Shown: positions 1 through 9,431, numbered from the stretch's first letter. The stretch is DNA of 64,000 bases from Patescibacteria group bacterium (GCA_038065035.1 JBBTRV010000007.1:2382-66381), one strand, 5' to 3'. Notes: generated by a model from the letters alone, not told the origin. Numbers and translations are program-made.

Positions 1-68
1 CTTTTAAAGTAGTTTTCTGTTAATCTTTTGGCAGATAATAATTGACAATTACATAAGGAGGATAAGCG

Positions 69-659
69 ATGAGAATATCTAAAATTATCACAATGACGAT
101 TGTATGTTTTTTTGTATTTTTGTTTATTTTTATTGTGGGCGTGAAATTTAGCTGGCGATTTCAAAAATCAGCGATTCTTATTGTTGATGTGGCGGATTAT
201 GGAATCGGCGGCAAGGAAAAAATATTAGATTGGTTCGAGCATAATGATGAGTTGAAAAACGAGTTTGATTTTCGGGCAATAATAACGACAAATGCCGATT
301 TTTCATCGTTTAATCCCTTTCGATTCTACGATGAAATTGAAGCAATGTTGGGCGCGAAAAATTTAATTCATGCCACTATGCCTGATTTGACGCTCGGCCT
401 ATATTTTTCTTCTGTGTTTTTCAAGAATAAAGACATATTTTCCGATAAAACAGAAAAGAATTTAATTATTATTTCCGGCCGCGCCAATCAGTCGCAAGAA
501 ATAAAGAATTTTCAGCTTAATAATCCAAATATCAAAATTATAATTGCGACGCTAAATTCTGAAAAGCAAAAGACGTATCCATTTAAAATTAAAAGAAAGT
601 CTAAAAACGTTGCGAAAGGAGGGCTAATACCCTCCTTTTTTATTTATTTGACTTGGTAA
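69..659 (+). CDS. hypothetical membrane-anchored protein
   Basis: ORF with SD-like TAAGGAGGA upstream of ATG; N-terminal hydrophobic helix; no recognisable family. Confidence 0.45.
   Translation: MRISKIITMTIVCFFVFLFIFIVGVKFSWRFQKSAILIVDVADYGIGGKEKILDWFEHNDELKNEFDFRAIITTNADFSSFNPFRFYDEIEAMLGAKNLIHATMPDLTLGLYFSSVFFKNKDIFSDKTEKNLIIISGRANQSQEIKNFQLNNPNIKIIIATLNSEKQKTYPFKIKRKSKNVAKGGLIPSFFIYLTW
617..642 (+). terminator. intrinsic-terminator-like hairpin (GGAGGG-CTAATA-CCCTCC then T6) inside the last codons of the 69..659 ORF
   Basis: seen in sequence: perfect 6-bp GC stem followed by TTTTTT; in-frame stop only at 657..659. Confidence 0.45.
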
Positions 660-717
660 ATTTTTAGGAATAAAGTTTATAATAATAACCCCTATAGATT
701 TAAGGAAATAGGGTCTT

Positions 718-3252
718 TTGTCTATGGAAGATAAAATAATTATAAAAGGCGCTCGGGTTCATAATTTAAAAAATATTTCTCTTGAGCTGCCGAAGAATAA
801 AATGATAGTTTTTACCGGCGTTTCCGGAAGCGGCAAGTCTAGCTTGGCGTATGATACGATTTTCGCCGAGGGTCAAAGGCGATATATTGAATCTTTAAGT
901 CCTTACGCGCGGCAATTTTTAGGGCAAATAGATAGGCCGGATGTAGATGAAATTATCGGGCTTTCGCCGGCGATTGCCATCAATCAAAAATCTTTATCGC
1001 ATAATCCGCGCTCTACTGTTGGGACGCTCACGGAAATTTACGATTATTTAAGGGTTTTATACGCGCGTTTAGGCGAGATTTTTTGCCCTTTGTGCGCCAC
1101 AAAAATTGAAAAATTATCTGTTGAAGAAATGGTTGATATCATTATTAAGAAAGCGCGGCGGGAAAAAGCGGAAACAGCGACGATTTTATCGCCGGTTGTC
1201 CGTGGTCGGAAAGGAGAATATTACCAATTGCTGTATGATTTTTTGAATTTGGGATTTTCCGAAGCGAGAATTGACGGAAAATTTCATTCGCTCCACGAAA
1301 AAATAGAACTATCCCGTTATAAAGCGCATATGATTGAAATTGTTATTGATAAAGTAATGATTAATCCGTCGGCAGGCGGAGAAAGCCGTTTGTTTGAAGC
1401 GATGGAAACGGCGTTAGATCACGGCAAGGGATTAGTTTTGGCTGTTTTTGACGGCAAAGCGCCGGTGGAAATTTTACTTTCCAGCAAGTGGACCTGCCCG
1501 AAAGACAATTTCGCTTTTCCGGAAATTGAACCGCGCTTGTTTTCCTTTAATAGTCCTTACGGCGCCTGTCCGATTTGTTCAGGCTTGGGAAAAACAGATT
1601 TGTTTTTAAATACTATTTGTCCGGATTGCCATGGAAAAAGATTAAAACCCGAAGCGTTAAGCGTAAAAATTAATGGAAAAAATATTTATGAAGTTTGCAG
1701 TCTGACGATAGATAAAATAAATGAATTTTTCAGCGATTATGAAAAGAAATTAACGGAAAGGCAAAAAACAATCAGCCAGAATATTTTAAAAGAAATAAAA
1801 GACCGGCTGCGATTTTTGCTGGAAGTCGGCTTGGATTACGTGAGCTTGACACGCGAAGCGGAAACATTGTCCGGCGGCGAAGCGCAAAGAATAAGATTGG
1901 CATCGCAAATCGGCTCGCAATTGTCGGGAACGCTGTATGTTTTAGACGAGCCGACAATCGGCCTTCACGAAAGAGACACGGAAAAACTGATAAAAATTTT
2001 GAAAACCTTAAAAGAGCAGAATAATACTTTAGTTGTCGTCGAGCATGACGAAAGAACGATTGAAGAATCGGATTATCTGGTTGATTTAGGGCCGATGGCC
2101 GGAAAAAACGGCGGTGAAATAACGGCAAGCGGCAAGATAAAAGAATTAATGAAAAATCATAAAAATTTTAAAAAATCTTTGACTTTAAAATATTTAAGCG
2201 AAGAAGAAAAAATCGAAATTCCGGAAAATCGGCGGCAGAAAATAACGGAAAAATTGAAAATTATCGGCGCCCGGGCGAATAACTTGAAAAATCTCAACGT
2301 GGAAATTCCTTTAAGGAAGTTGGTTTGTATTACCGGCGTTTCTGGCAGCGGCAAATCATCTTTAATTCACGATGTTTTGTATAAAAATATAATAAATTTA
2401 AAATCCGGATTCGGCGAACCGCTCCAAAACGCCAGCCAGATTTTTGGCAGCGAATATCTTGATAAAATCGTAATGGTTGACCAGTCGCCTATTGGCCGAA
2501 CCCCACGCTCTAATCCGGCGACTTACACCGGCATTTTTACGCCAATAAGGGATTTTTTCGCTTCTTTGGAAGAATCGCGGGCGCGCGGTTATATCGCTTC
2601 AAGATTTTCTTTTAATGTCAAATCAAGCAATAAAGGCGGACGGTGCGAGGCTTGCGAAGGCGCCGGATTTAATTTGATTGAAATGCATTTTTTGCCGCCG
2701 GTTTTGGTGCAATGCGATGTTTGCCGCGGCAAAAGGTTTAATAGGGAAACATTGCAGGTAAAACATAAAAATAAGAATATCGCCGAGGTTTTGGAAATGA
2801 CCATTGATGAAGCTTTGGAATTTTTTGACGGACTTTATACTATTACCGATAAATTGAAAGTTTTAATCGAGGTCGGCTTGGGGTATCTGCAGTTAGGGCA
2901 GTCAGCGACCACTTTATCCGGCGGCGAAGCGCAAAGAATAAAGCTTGCTCGCGAATTAACCCATCCTTTGGGCCGGCGCGCTTTGTATCTTTTAGACGAG
3001 CCGACTGTCGGGCTTCATTACCATGATATTGAAATGCTTTTGAGGGTTTTAAATAAACTGATAGAAAAAGGCAATTCAATAATTGTTATTGAGCACAATA
3101 TGCAGATTATCAAATCGGCTGATTATATTATTGATTTGGGGCCGGAAGGCGGAGAAAAAGGAGGCAAAATAATTGCTAAGGGCAGCCCTGAAGAAATCGT
3201 TAAAAATAAAAATTCTTACACCGGAGCGTATTTAAAAAAGTATCTTGCTTAA
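718..3252 (+). CDS. uvrA: excinuclease ABC subunit A (844 aa, shorter than typical)
   Basis: N-terminal ARVHNLKNISLELPKNKMIVFTGVSGSGKSSLAYDTIFAEGQRRYIESLS, two ABC ATPase halves (LSGGEAQRI twice), zinc-finger Cys clusters. Confidence 0.92.
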   Translation: MSMEDKIIIKGARVHNLKNISLELPKNKMIVFTGVSGSGKSSLAYDTIFAEGQRRYIESLSPYARQFLGQIDRPDVDEIIGLSPAIAINQKSLSHNPRSTVGTLTEIYDYLRVLYARLGEIFCPLCATKIEKLSVEEMVDIIIKKARREKAETATILSPVVRGRKGEYYQLLYDFLNLGFSEARIDGKFHSLHEKIELSRYKAHMIEIVIDKVMINPSAGGESRLFEAMETALDHGKGLVLAVFDGKAPVEILLSSKWTCPKDNFAFPEIEPRLFSFNSPYGACPICSGLGKTDLFLNTICPDCHGKRLKPEALSVKINGKNIYEVCSLTIDKINEFFSDYEKKLTERQKTISQNILKEIKDRLRFLLEVGLDYVSLTREAETLSGGEAQRIRLASQIGSQLSGTLYVLDEPTIGLHERDTEKLIKILKTLKEQNNTLVVVEHDERTIEESDYLVDLGPMAGKNGGEITASGKIKELMKNHKNFKKSLTLKYLSEEEKIEIPENRRQKITEKLKIIGARANNLKNLNVEIPLRKLVCITGVSGSGKSSLIHDVLYKNIINLKSGFGEPLQNASQIFGSEYLDKIVMVDQSPIGRTPRSNPATYTGIFTPIRDFFASLEESRARGYIASRFSFNVKSSNKGGRCEACEGAGFNLIEMHFLPPVLVQCDVCRGKRFNRETLQVKHKNKNIAEVLEMTIDEALEFFDGLYTITDKLKVLIEVGLGYLQLGQSATTLSGGEAQRIKLARELTHPLGRRALYLLDEPTVGLHYHDIEMLLRVLNKLIEKGNSIIVIEHNMQIIKSADYIIDLGPEGGEKGGKIIAKGSPEEIVKNKNSYTGAYLKKYLA

Positions 3253-3320
3253 TAGTTTTTTAGAATATATTATATTATGATAATTTATGCGGTTATAAAT
3301 TTTATGTCAATAACAATAAA

Positions 3321-4265
3321 ATGGAAAACAACAACGTAGAAAGAAGTATGGAGATGCGTTTTGGAGACGCGATAATCAAATCGCCGGAAGGTGGTATTCG
3401 TTATGGAGTTTTTGAATTACTTGAAGATAAGAAAATTACGCATGGTTTTAGCGCAATATCGAAAAATATGTCTTTTGGAGCGGAAAAAAGCGGATTAGAG
3501 AGAAGGGCGCTGAATGTTCGGTTAGGACAATTTTTGCGCGAAATTGGGATTCCAACAGAAAAACAAGTTATTATGACGGCAAATCTTTTTAAACCAATTG
3601 GAAACTTTGTAATTATTGGTGAAAAAGGGCTTACCCTAAATCAACTACCGCTACTTCGAGAGATATATGGCGATGATTTGGTACGATCTGCTTCAGATTA
3701 TCCGCGGTTTGTCGGAAGTGAATATGCCGCTGATGGCATATTCACTAATGAACCTGGAATAGCGCTTGAAGCCGTTTCTCGAGATTGTATGCCAATTATT
3801 GTAGCTGTCAGATCTGCTCAAAAGAGTTTAACGGGGATTGTCCATGGCGGAAGACGACAAATTGAAGCTGGTTTGGGTGAGCGTATTGTTGCGTTTTGCC
3901 GCGAATTTGCCGATGCTAGTCCGGAGGAAATATTAATAGGAATAGGTCCTCATATTCGTTCATGTCACTATTTCTTTAATCGCCGTCAGATTGCTGAAGA
4001 TGAAGGGGGGAAAAGCGTTTCGATCAACGAGGAGCGATGGGGTGATTATTTAATAAATAAAAGCAAGGATGTATTTTCTTTAGATATGGAAGGATTATTA
4101 ACACAAGAACTTATTAGCAAGGGCGTTCTTCCTCAATGTGTAGCACGCGCAGATTTATGTAGTTACGATGCGCAAGAACAGAGTTTTTCCGCGGCATCGC
4201 TTCGATATCAAAGCAAGCATAATCTTCCGCCAAGCCGAATGATAACAGTTGCTTTACACGATTAA
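3321..4265 (+). CDS. YfiH/PgeF-family (DUF152, laccase-domain) protein
   Basis: motifs SRDCMPIIVA, GIVHGGRRQ, IGIGPHIRSCHYFF and CSYDAQEQSF align with the conserved Cys/His blocks of E. coli YfiH; start codon uncertain. Confidence 0.6.
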   Translation: MENNNVERSMEMRFGDAIIKSPEGGIRYGVFELLEDKKITHGFSAISKNMSFGAEKSGLERRALNVRLGQFLREIGIPTEKQVIMTANLFKPIGNFVIIGEKGLTLNQLPLLREIYGDDLVRSASDYPRFVGSEYAADGIFTNEPGIALEAVSRDCMPIIVAVRSAQKSLTGIVHGGRRQIEAGLGERIVAFCREFADASPEEILIGIGPHIRSCHYFFNRRQIAEDEGGKSVSINEERWGDYLINKSKDVFSLDMEGLLTQELISKGVLPQCVARADLCSYDAQEQSFSAASLRYQSKHNLPPSRMITVALHD

Positions 4266-4407
4266 TTGTTGGTTTTAAGCTTAAACGTCTTTGCTGATTA
4301 TTTTGTTGAAAAATATTTTTCTATGTTTTTTCTCTATTGACAAAAAATTTTTCTCATGTAAACTGATAATTGTTTTTGAGTAATATTAGAATAACAAAAA
4401 CGTCTTA

Positions 4408-4431
4408 AAAAAGACTTTTAAAGTCTTTTTT
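4408..4431. promoter_or_regulatory. perfect 24-nt palindrome AAAAAGACTTTTAAAGTCTTTTTT (bidirectional terminator or operator)
   Basis: seen in sequence: the sequence is its own reverse complement, with A/T runs on both sides. Confidence 0.4.
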
Positions 4432-4459
4432 ATTTGGTCTTTGACAATAAAATAATATA

Positions 4460-4474
4460 TCCTCGGCGAAAGGA
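4460..4474. repeat. left arm of a 15-bp perfect inverted repeat (TCCTCGGCGAAAGGA) bracketing CDS 4512..5273
   Basis: exact reverse complement present at 5285..5299. Confidence 0.8.
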
Positions 4475-4511
4475 TTTATATTATCAAACAATTTACAAAA
4501 AGGAGGTCGTT

Positions 4512-5273
4512 ATGAATGTGGTATCAAGACTAGTAAGGTTGTTGCCAAAAGAACTTGGGCATCTATCCCTGATTGACCCGCGAATGATTGTTGAATTAAC
4601 GGTCGCGCTCAACAAGGAGATTGAGATAGTTGAACTTAATTCAATTCACTTTCTTAATCTGAATAAAAAAATTTTAGTTCCGCTTCCAGAAAATACCCGG
4701 AAGGACGGAATTAAAATAAGGAGCATCCAAATTGTTCCGTCCGCAGAAAATCCCTTTGTTCTGATTGAAACAAATGGGCCAATGACCCCACATCTAAAAC
4801 AGGTGGTTGAAGCATTGATCAAAACAATGGGAAACTTTGGGATAACAAACGCTTTTTTCCCCGGCAATATTTTTGAATCGTATAACAGGGAAGAAGCGGC
4901 GTTGTTTTTTTTCGGCCGCAATATGGATACTATTAAAATGGTGTCCTGCGGCGCAGAAAACATCAGGATTATCGATGGAAAATTTATTCTTTTTTGCCAT
5001 AAAAAAAGAATAATAAAAAAGATGCGTATTGTAGATTCTCAGTATGATTGGATAGTTGGATCGTTTGCATTGTGGAAAGCCGATGAAGACATTCTTTTTA
5101 TTGGCAGGCCGAAAAATGATTCAATAACGATAACTTTTCAAAGCGGGAGAGTTTTTCAAATTGATTCTTGGGGGGGGCAACAACAAGAACATATTGTTGT
5201 TGAACCAATGGCTGCTCACGTAGAAGAATCAATTGGCATAACTCAAGGAAATCAAGTCAAGATTTCCGTTTAA
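4512..5273 (+). CDS. hypothetical protein (orphan, no recognisable domain)
   Basis: ATG at 4512 preceded by AAAGGAGG SD (4498..4505); the ORF-track start at 4434 is an upstream extension. Confidence 0.5.
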   Translation: MNVVSRLVRLLPKELGHLSLIDPRMIVELTVALNKEIEIVELNSIHFLNLNKKILVPLPENTRKDGIKIRSIQIVPSAENPFVLIETNGPMTPHLKQVVEALIKTMGNFGITNAFFPGNIFESYNREEAALFFFGRNMDTIKMVSCGAENIRIIDGKFILFCHKKRIIKKMRIVDSQYDWIVGSFALWKADEDILFIGRPKNDSITITFQSGRVFQIDSWGGQQQEHIVVEPMAAHVEESIGITQGNQVKISV

Positions 5274-5284
5274 TTTGGTTTTAT

Positions 5285-5299
5285 TCCTTTCGCCGAGGA
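5285..5299. repeat. right arm of the 15-bp inverted repeat (TCCTTTCGCCGAGGA)
   Basis: reverse complement of 4460..4474. Confidence 0.8.
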
Positions 5300-5310
5300 A
5301 TTTTTGAAAC

Positions 5311-5345
5311 GCCGCATCTTTTTAAGGATGACGGCGTTTTTATTT
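5311..5345 (+). terminator. rho-independent terminator (AAACGCCG ... CGGCGTTTTTATTTT)
   Basis: 7-bp GC stem followed by T-run, downstream of CDS 4512..5273. Confidence 0.6.
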
Positions 5346-5379
5346 TGTATATTTTTTATTTTTAAGATAAAGTTATTGC

Positions 5380-6564
5380 ATGAATTTATCATTTCAAGCT
5401 AAAAAAGCGCCTCAAACTCCCGGTGTTTATATTTTCAAAGATAAGAAAGGCGGCATTTTATATATTGGCCGGGCGATTAATTTAAGAAGAAGAATAGTTC
5501 AATATTTTCAAAAGCCGGTAGATTTTCGCATTCAAGAAATGGTTGACTTGGCGAGAACTATTAAATTAAAAAAAACCAAAGGCGTTTTGGAAGCGATTAT
5601 TTTAGAGGCAAATTTAATAAAAAAATATTGGCCGAAATATAATATTAAAGATAAAGATGACCGATCGTTTATTTATATCTTTATACCCGAAGCAGAATAT
5701 CCAAGACCATATATTATTAGAGGAAAAGAAATTGAAAATCAATCTGCCAGCTGGTGGATAAAAACTGAAAAATTTAATTTATTCGGCCCTTATCAAAGTT
5801 TGTCGCTTGTGAAAAGCGCCTTAAAAATAATCCGTCGAATTTTTCCATATAGTGCCTGTAAGCCATTTCAGGGCAAGCCTTGCTTTGATTATCAAATTGG
5901 TTTGTGTCCGGGCTTGTGCATTGGCGCGATTTCCAAAAAAGATTATCAGAAAAACATTAAAAACCTGATTTTGTTTTTGAAAGGCGAGCGGAAAAAGCTG
6001 ATTGAAAAATTGAAAAAAGAAAATCCGGAAAAAATTAAGGCGTTGGAACATATTCAAGATGTGGCGCTTATAAGCGCTGACCAGCGACTTATGACAAATG
6101 ACTTACGACCGTTAAACCGCATTGAGGGGTACGACATTTCGCATTTATCAGGCAAAGAAATTTACGGCTCAATGATAGTTTTTATCAATGGAGAACCGGA
6201 TAAAACTCAATATCGTTTATTTAAAATAAAGAACGCAAAAGCCGGCGACGATTTGGCGGCGTTAAAAGAAATGATTATCAGGCGTTTTAAGCATAAAGAG
6301 TGGCAATTTCCAAATTTGATTTTAATTGACGGCGGTCGGCCGCAAGTAAGCCATATTGAAAAAACATTGAAAGAATTATCAATAAACATTTCATTGGTCG
6401 GTATATCAAAATATGCCAAGGACGAGTTGATTTTCGTTAAAAATATCAAAAAATCAACAAAAGTAATGAGCATGGCTTCTAAAAATATTTTGCTAAAAAT
6501 AAGAGATGAAGCCCACCGGTTTGCTCTAAAATCCAGTCGCCGGAAAAGATTGAAAATAGTTTAA
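5380..6564 (+). CDS. uvrC: excinuclease ABC subunit C, short form lacking the C-terminal HhH region
   Basis: GIY-YIG N-terminus (GVYIFKDKKGGILYIGRAINLRRR), Cys motif CPGLCIG, endonuclease-domain motif IEGYDISHLSG. Confidence 0.8.
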   Translation: MNLSFQAKKAPQTPGVYIFKDKKGGILYIGRAINLRRRIVQYFQKPVDFRIQEMVDLARTIKLKKTKGVLEAIILEANLIKKYWPKYNIKDKDDRSFIYIFIPEAEYPRPYIIRGKEIENQSASWWIKTEKFNLFGPYQSLSLVKSALKIIRRIFPYSACKPFQGKPCFDYQIGLCPGLCIGAISKKDYQKNIKNLILFLKGERKKLIEKLKKENPEKIKALEHIQDVALISADQRLMTNDLRPLNRIEGYDISHLSGKEIYGSMIVFINGEPDKTQYRLFKIKNAKAGDDLAALKEMIIRRFKHKEWQFPNLILIDGGRPQVSHIEKTLKELSINISLVGISKYAKDELIFVKNIKKSTKVMSMASKNILLKIRDEAHRFALKSSRRKRLKIV

Positions 6565-6585
6565 TTTGATATATACTTAAATAAT

Positions 6586-7038
6586 ATGATACAAAATTGG
6601 AATATTTTCATTCAATTATTTATTGCCGCTGTTCTTGGCGGTTTGCTTGGATTGGAGCGAGCTTTGGCCGGTAAAACAGCTGGACTTAGAACTTTTGCTT
6701 TAGTAAGCATGGGTTCGGCTTTGTTTATTATTATTTCAGAAACAATCGGTAATAATTATCTTGGTATTGCTACTTTTGACCCAATAAGAGTGGCTTCGCA
6801 GATTATCGTCGGCATTGGTTTTTTAGGCGCCGGATTGATTATATTTAAAGAATCAAAAATCAGCGGCCTGACAACCGCGGCTGGATTATGGGTGTCGGCT
6901 GGAATTGGCACTGCGGTTGGCTATAAATTATATTCGATCGCGCTTTTCGTTACTATTTTAACGCTTTTTATTTTTACAATTTTATGGTTTGTTGAAAGCA
7001 AAATTAAAAAAGAAGTTAATATCGATATAGAAAATTAG
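6586..7038 (+). CDS. MgtC/SapB-family membrane protein (N-terminal domain only)
   Basis: LGGLLGLERALAGKTAGLRT signature of the MgtC family; 4-5 TM helices. Confidence 0.7.
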   Translation: MIQNWNIFIQLFIAAVLGGLLGLERALAGKTAGLRTFALVSMGSALFIIISETIGNNYLGIATFDPIRVASQIIVGIGFLGAGLIIFKESKISGLTTAAGLWVSAGIGTAVGYKLYSIALFVTILTLFIFTILWFVESKIKKEVNIDIEN

Positions 7039-7049
7039 AACTTCATTTT

Positions 7050-7790
7050 ATGGAAAATCAAGAAAATTTAGGCATTGACCAAAATAAAAAAAAAGATTAT
7101 TTGTTGCCTTTGAGCATCATTATCGCGGCATTGCTTATTTCCGGCTCTTGGATTTATACAACCGGCTTAAAAAATGTTGAGCCGGAAAAACAAATTAAAC
7201 AACCGGCTGTTTCGGAGTCAAATCTTGAAAATGTAAAGCCGATTTCCAATGATGATTATATTAGGAGTAATCCCAACGCTCCTGTAAAAATTATTGAATT
7301 TTCCGATTTAGAATGCCCGTTTTGTAAACTTTTTCACGGAACAATGAAACGAATAGTTGATGAGTATGACGGAAGGGTGGTTTGGGTTTATCGCCATTGG
7401 CCATTGGAACAGCTTCATTCAAAAGCGAAAACATCGGCTTTGGCGGCAGAATGCGCCGGCGGGTTGGGTGGTAATGATAAATTTTGGCAATATTTGGACA
7501 AATATTTTGAAGCCACACCGTCAAATAATCAAATTGACCTTAGCGAATTGCCTAATTTTGCCGAAAGTATTGGTTTGAATCGTTCTCAATTTGAAAACTG
7601 TTTGCAAAGCGGAAAATATGCGTCAAAAATTGATAATCAAATACAAGACGCAGTTAATTCTAATCCGGAATGTCCGCGTTGCGGCACGCCGTTTAGCGTT
7701 GTGATTGGCAGGAATGGAAAAAAATATCCGATTCCCGGAGCATATCCCTATGAAGACGTGAAAGCGATAATTGAGGAGTTATTAAAATAG
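7050..7790 (+). CDS. DsbA-like thioredoxin-fold thiol:disulfide oxidoreductase with N-terminal membrane anchor
   Basis: CPFC active-site motif inside a thioredoxin-like segment; second CPRC near the C-terminus. Confidence 0.65.
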   Translation: MENQENLGIDQNKKKDYLLPLSIIIAALLISGSWIYTTGLKNVEPEKQIKQPAVSESNLENVKPISNDDYIRSNPNAPVKIIEFSDLECPFCKLFHGTMKRIVDEYDGRVVWVYRHWPLEQLHSKAKTSALAAECAGGLGGNDKFWQYLDKYFEATPSNNQIDLSELPNFAESIGLNRSQFENCLQSGKYASKIDNQIQDAVNSNPECPRCGTPFSVVIGRNGKKYPIPGAYPYEDVKAIIEELLK

Positions 7791-7857
7791 CTTTCAGTTG
7801 CCGTCTATTTTATTTTCACTAAGTTTCAAGCGCTAATAAATAATACTCGTTTCGTTT

Positions 7858-7937
7858 AATTTCCCGACAAAAATTTGGTTTCCGTCGCCGGCTCGCCGCG
7901 CTCGGGACTCCGACCAAATTTTTGTTTCCTGGAAATT
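7858..7937. repeat. long imperfect hairpin: 13-bp AT-rich arms (ACAAAAATTTGGT / ACCAAATTTTTGT) around a GC-rich core
   Basis: seen in sequence; lies downstream of the dsbA-like gene and followed by a T-rich tract; loosely related to elements at 20458, 24728 and 55390. Confidence 0.55.
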
Positions 7938-8006
7938 TACGCTCAACTTGTTTATTTATAATAGCGCTTCCAACAATCGTTCAAATAAAATAAACGGCTC
8001 CTTTAA

Positions 8007-9248
8007 ATGAATTTTAATTATTTAAAAAAATCTGATTCTCAAATTTATAATTTAATTTCTTCCGAAGCAAGGCGTCAAAAAGAAAATATTAATCTTATTG
8101 CTTCGGAAAATTTTGTTTCTGAAGCGGTTTTGGAAGCGCTGGGTTCGGTTTTTACAAATAAATATGCTGAAGGATATTCTGGGGCGCGTTATTATGCTGG
8201 AAATATTTTTGTTGATAAGCTGGAAGATTTGACGAAAGGGCGAGCGTTGAAACTTTTTATCCGCCAGCCGACGGAACAAAAGAATTGGGATGTTAATGTT
8301 CAATGTTATTCCGGCACGCCGGCTAATTTGGCGGTTTATCACGCTTTAGTGCCGCTCGGCGAAAAGATTATGGGAATGCGTCTTGATATGGGCGGGCATT
8401 TGAGCCATGGCCACAAAGCGAGCATTACCGGAAAATTATGGCAGCAAGTTGTTTATGGAGTGGATCAGAAAACTGAAATACTAGATTATGACGAAATTCT
8501 GGAAATCGCCAAGCGCGAAAAACCGAAATTGATTGTTTGCGGCTATAGCGCTTATTCGCGGATTATTGATTTTAAAAAATTCCGCGCTATTGCCGATGAA
8601 GTTGGAGCTATTTTAATGATTGATATGGCGCATTTTGCTGGACTTGTGGCTGGCGGCGTATATCCTTCGCCATTTAAGTATGCTGATATCGTTACAACCA
8701 CAACTCATAAAACTTTAACCGGACCGCGTTCGGCTTTGATTTTTTCCAAAAAAGAATTTTCGCCAAAAATTGATAAGGTTGTATTTCCCGGACTTCAAGG
8801 TGGGCCGCATATGAATCAAATCGCGGCAGTGGCAGTGGCTTTGGAAGAAGCGAGTAAACCGGCTTTTAAAAAATATGCCGAGCAGGTAGTGAAAAACGCC
8901 AAAGCTTTGGCTGATGCGATGCAAAAACTCGGCTGGCGGATTATTTCCGGAGGCACTGATACGCATTTATTTTTGGTTGATGTTTGGCAGAAAAATATCG
9001 GCGGAAAGGAAGCCAGCGAACTTTTGGAAAAAGCCGGAATTATTGTCAATAAAAACGCTATCCCTTATGATAGTAGAAGCCCGATTGACCCTTCGGGCAT
9101 TCGGCTGGGCGCGCCGGCGATTACTACCCGCGGAATGAAAGAAAAAGAAATAAGGCAAATAGCCGGTTGGATTGATGCGGTATTGACAAAAAGGAAAAAC
9201 TATGCTTCAATTAAAAAAGAAGTTTTAGCGTTTTTACGAAAATTCTAA
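8007..9248 (+). CDS. glyA: serine hydroxymethyltransferase
   Basis: SHMT N-terminus (LIASENFVSEAVLEALGSVFTNKYAEGY) and PLP-lysine region TTTTHKTLTGPR. Confidence 0.95.
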   Translation: MNFNYLKKSDSQIYNLISSEARRQKENINLIASENFVSEAVLEALGSVFTNKYAEGYSGARYYAGNIFVDKLEDLTKGRALKLFIRQPTEQKNWDVNVQCYSGTPANLAVYHALVPLGEKIMGMRLDMGGHLSHGHKASITGKLWQQVVYGVDQKTEILDYDEILEIAKREKPKLIVCGYSAYSRIIDFKKFRAIADEVGAILMIDMAHFAGLVAGGVYPSPFKYADIVTTTTHKTLTGPRSALIFSKKEFSPKIDKVVFPGLQGGPHMNQIAAVAVALEEASKPAFKKYAEQVVKNAKALADAMQKLGWRIISGGTDTHLFLVDVWQKNIGGKEASELLEKAGIIVNKNAIPYDSRSPIDPSGIRLGAPAITTRGMKEKEIRQIAGWIDAVLTKRKNYASIKKEVLAFLRKF

Positions 9249-9296
9249 ATTTTGATATTTGATAAAAAAATAAGATAGAAAAGGAGGTGATGAGGG

Positions 9297-9431
9297 ATGA
9301 TATTGTTTATAAAAATTTTTATTTTGTTTGGTTCAATTTGTGGACTATATCTTTTGTATTTGGTTATAAAAGATAAAGTCGAGTTGGCAAAAATTGACCG
9401 AATTTTAAACCGAAAGGAGGGTGAGGAATGA
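9297..9431 (+). CDS. small hydrophobic peptide (44 aa, MILFIKIFILFGSICGLYLLYLVIKDKVELAKIDRILNRKEGEE)
   Basis: AAAAGGAGGTGA SD just upstream; its stop overlaps the next gene's start (ATGA). Confidence 0.4.
   Translation: MILFIKIFILFGSICGLYLLYLVIKDKVELAKIDRILNRKEGEE

Noticed and set aside
1772-3079. Minus-strand ORFs (1772..2128, 2157..2354, 2589..2804, 2843..3079) inside uvrA
   Set aside because: They lie entirely antisense to a well-supported conserved CDS, have low-complexity Arg/Pro/Ser-rich translations and no start-site signals; they are typical shadow ORFs. The same applies to the other short antisense ORFs in the track (for example inside pnp, glyA, gyrB, dnaE and the Clp ATPase).
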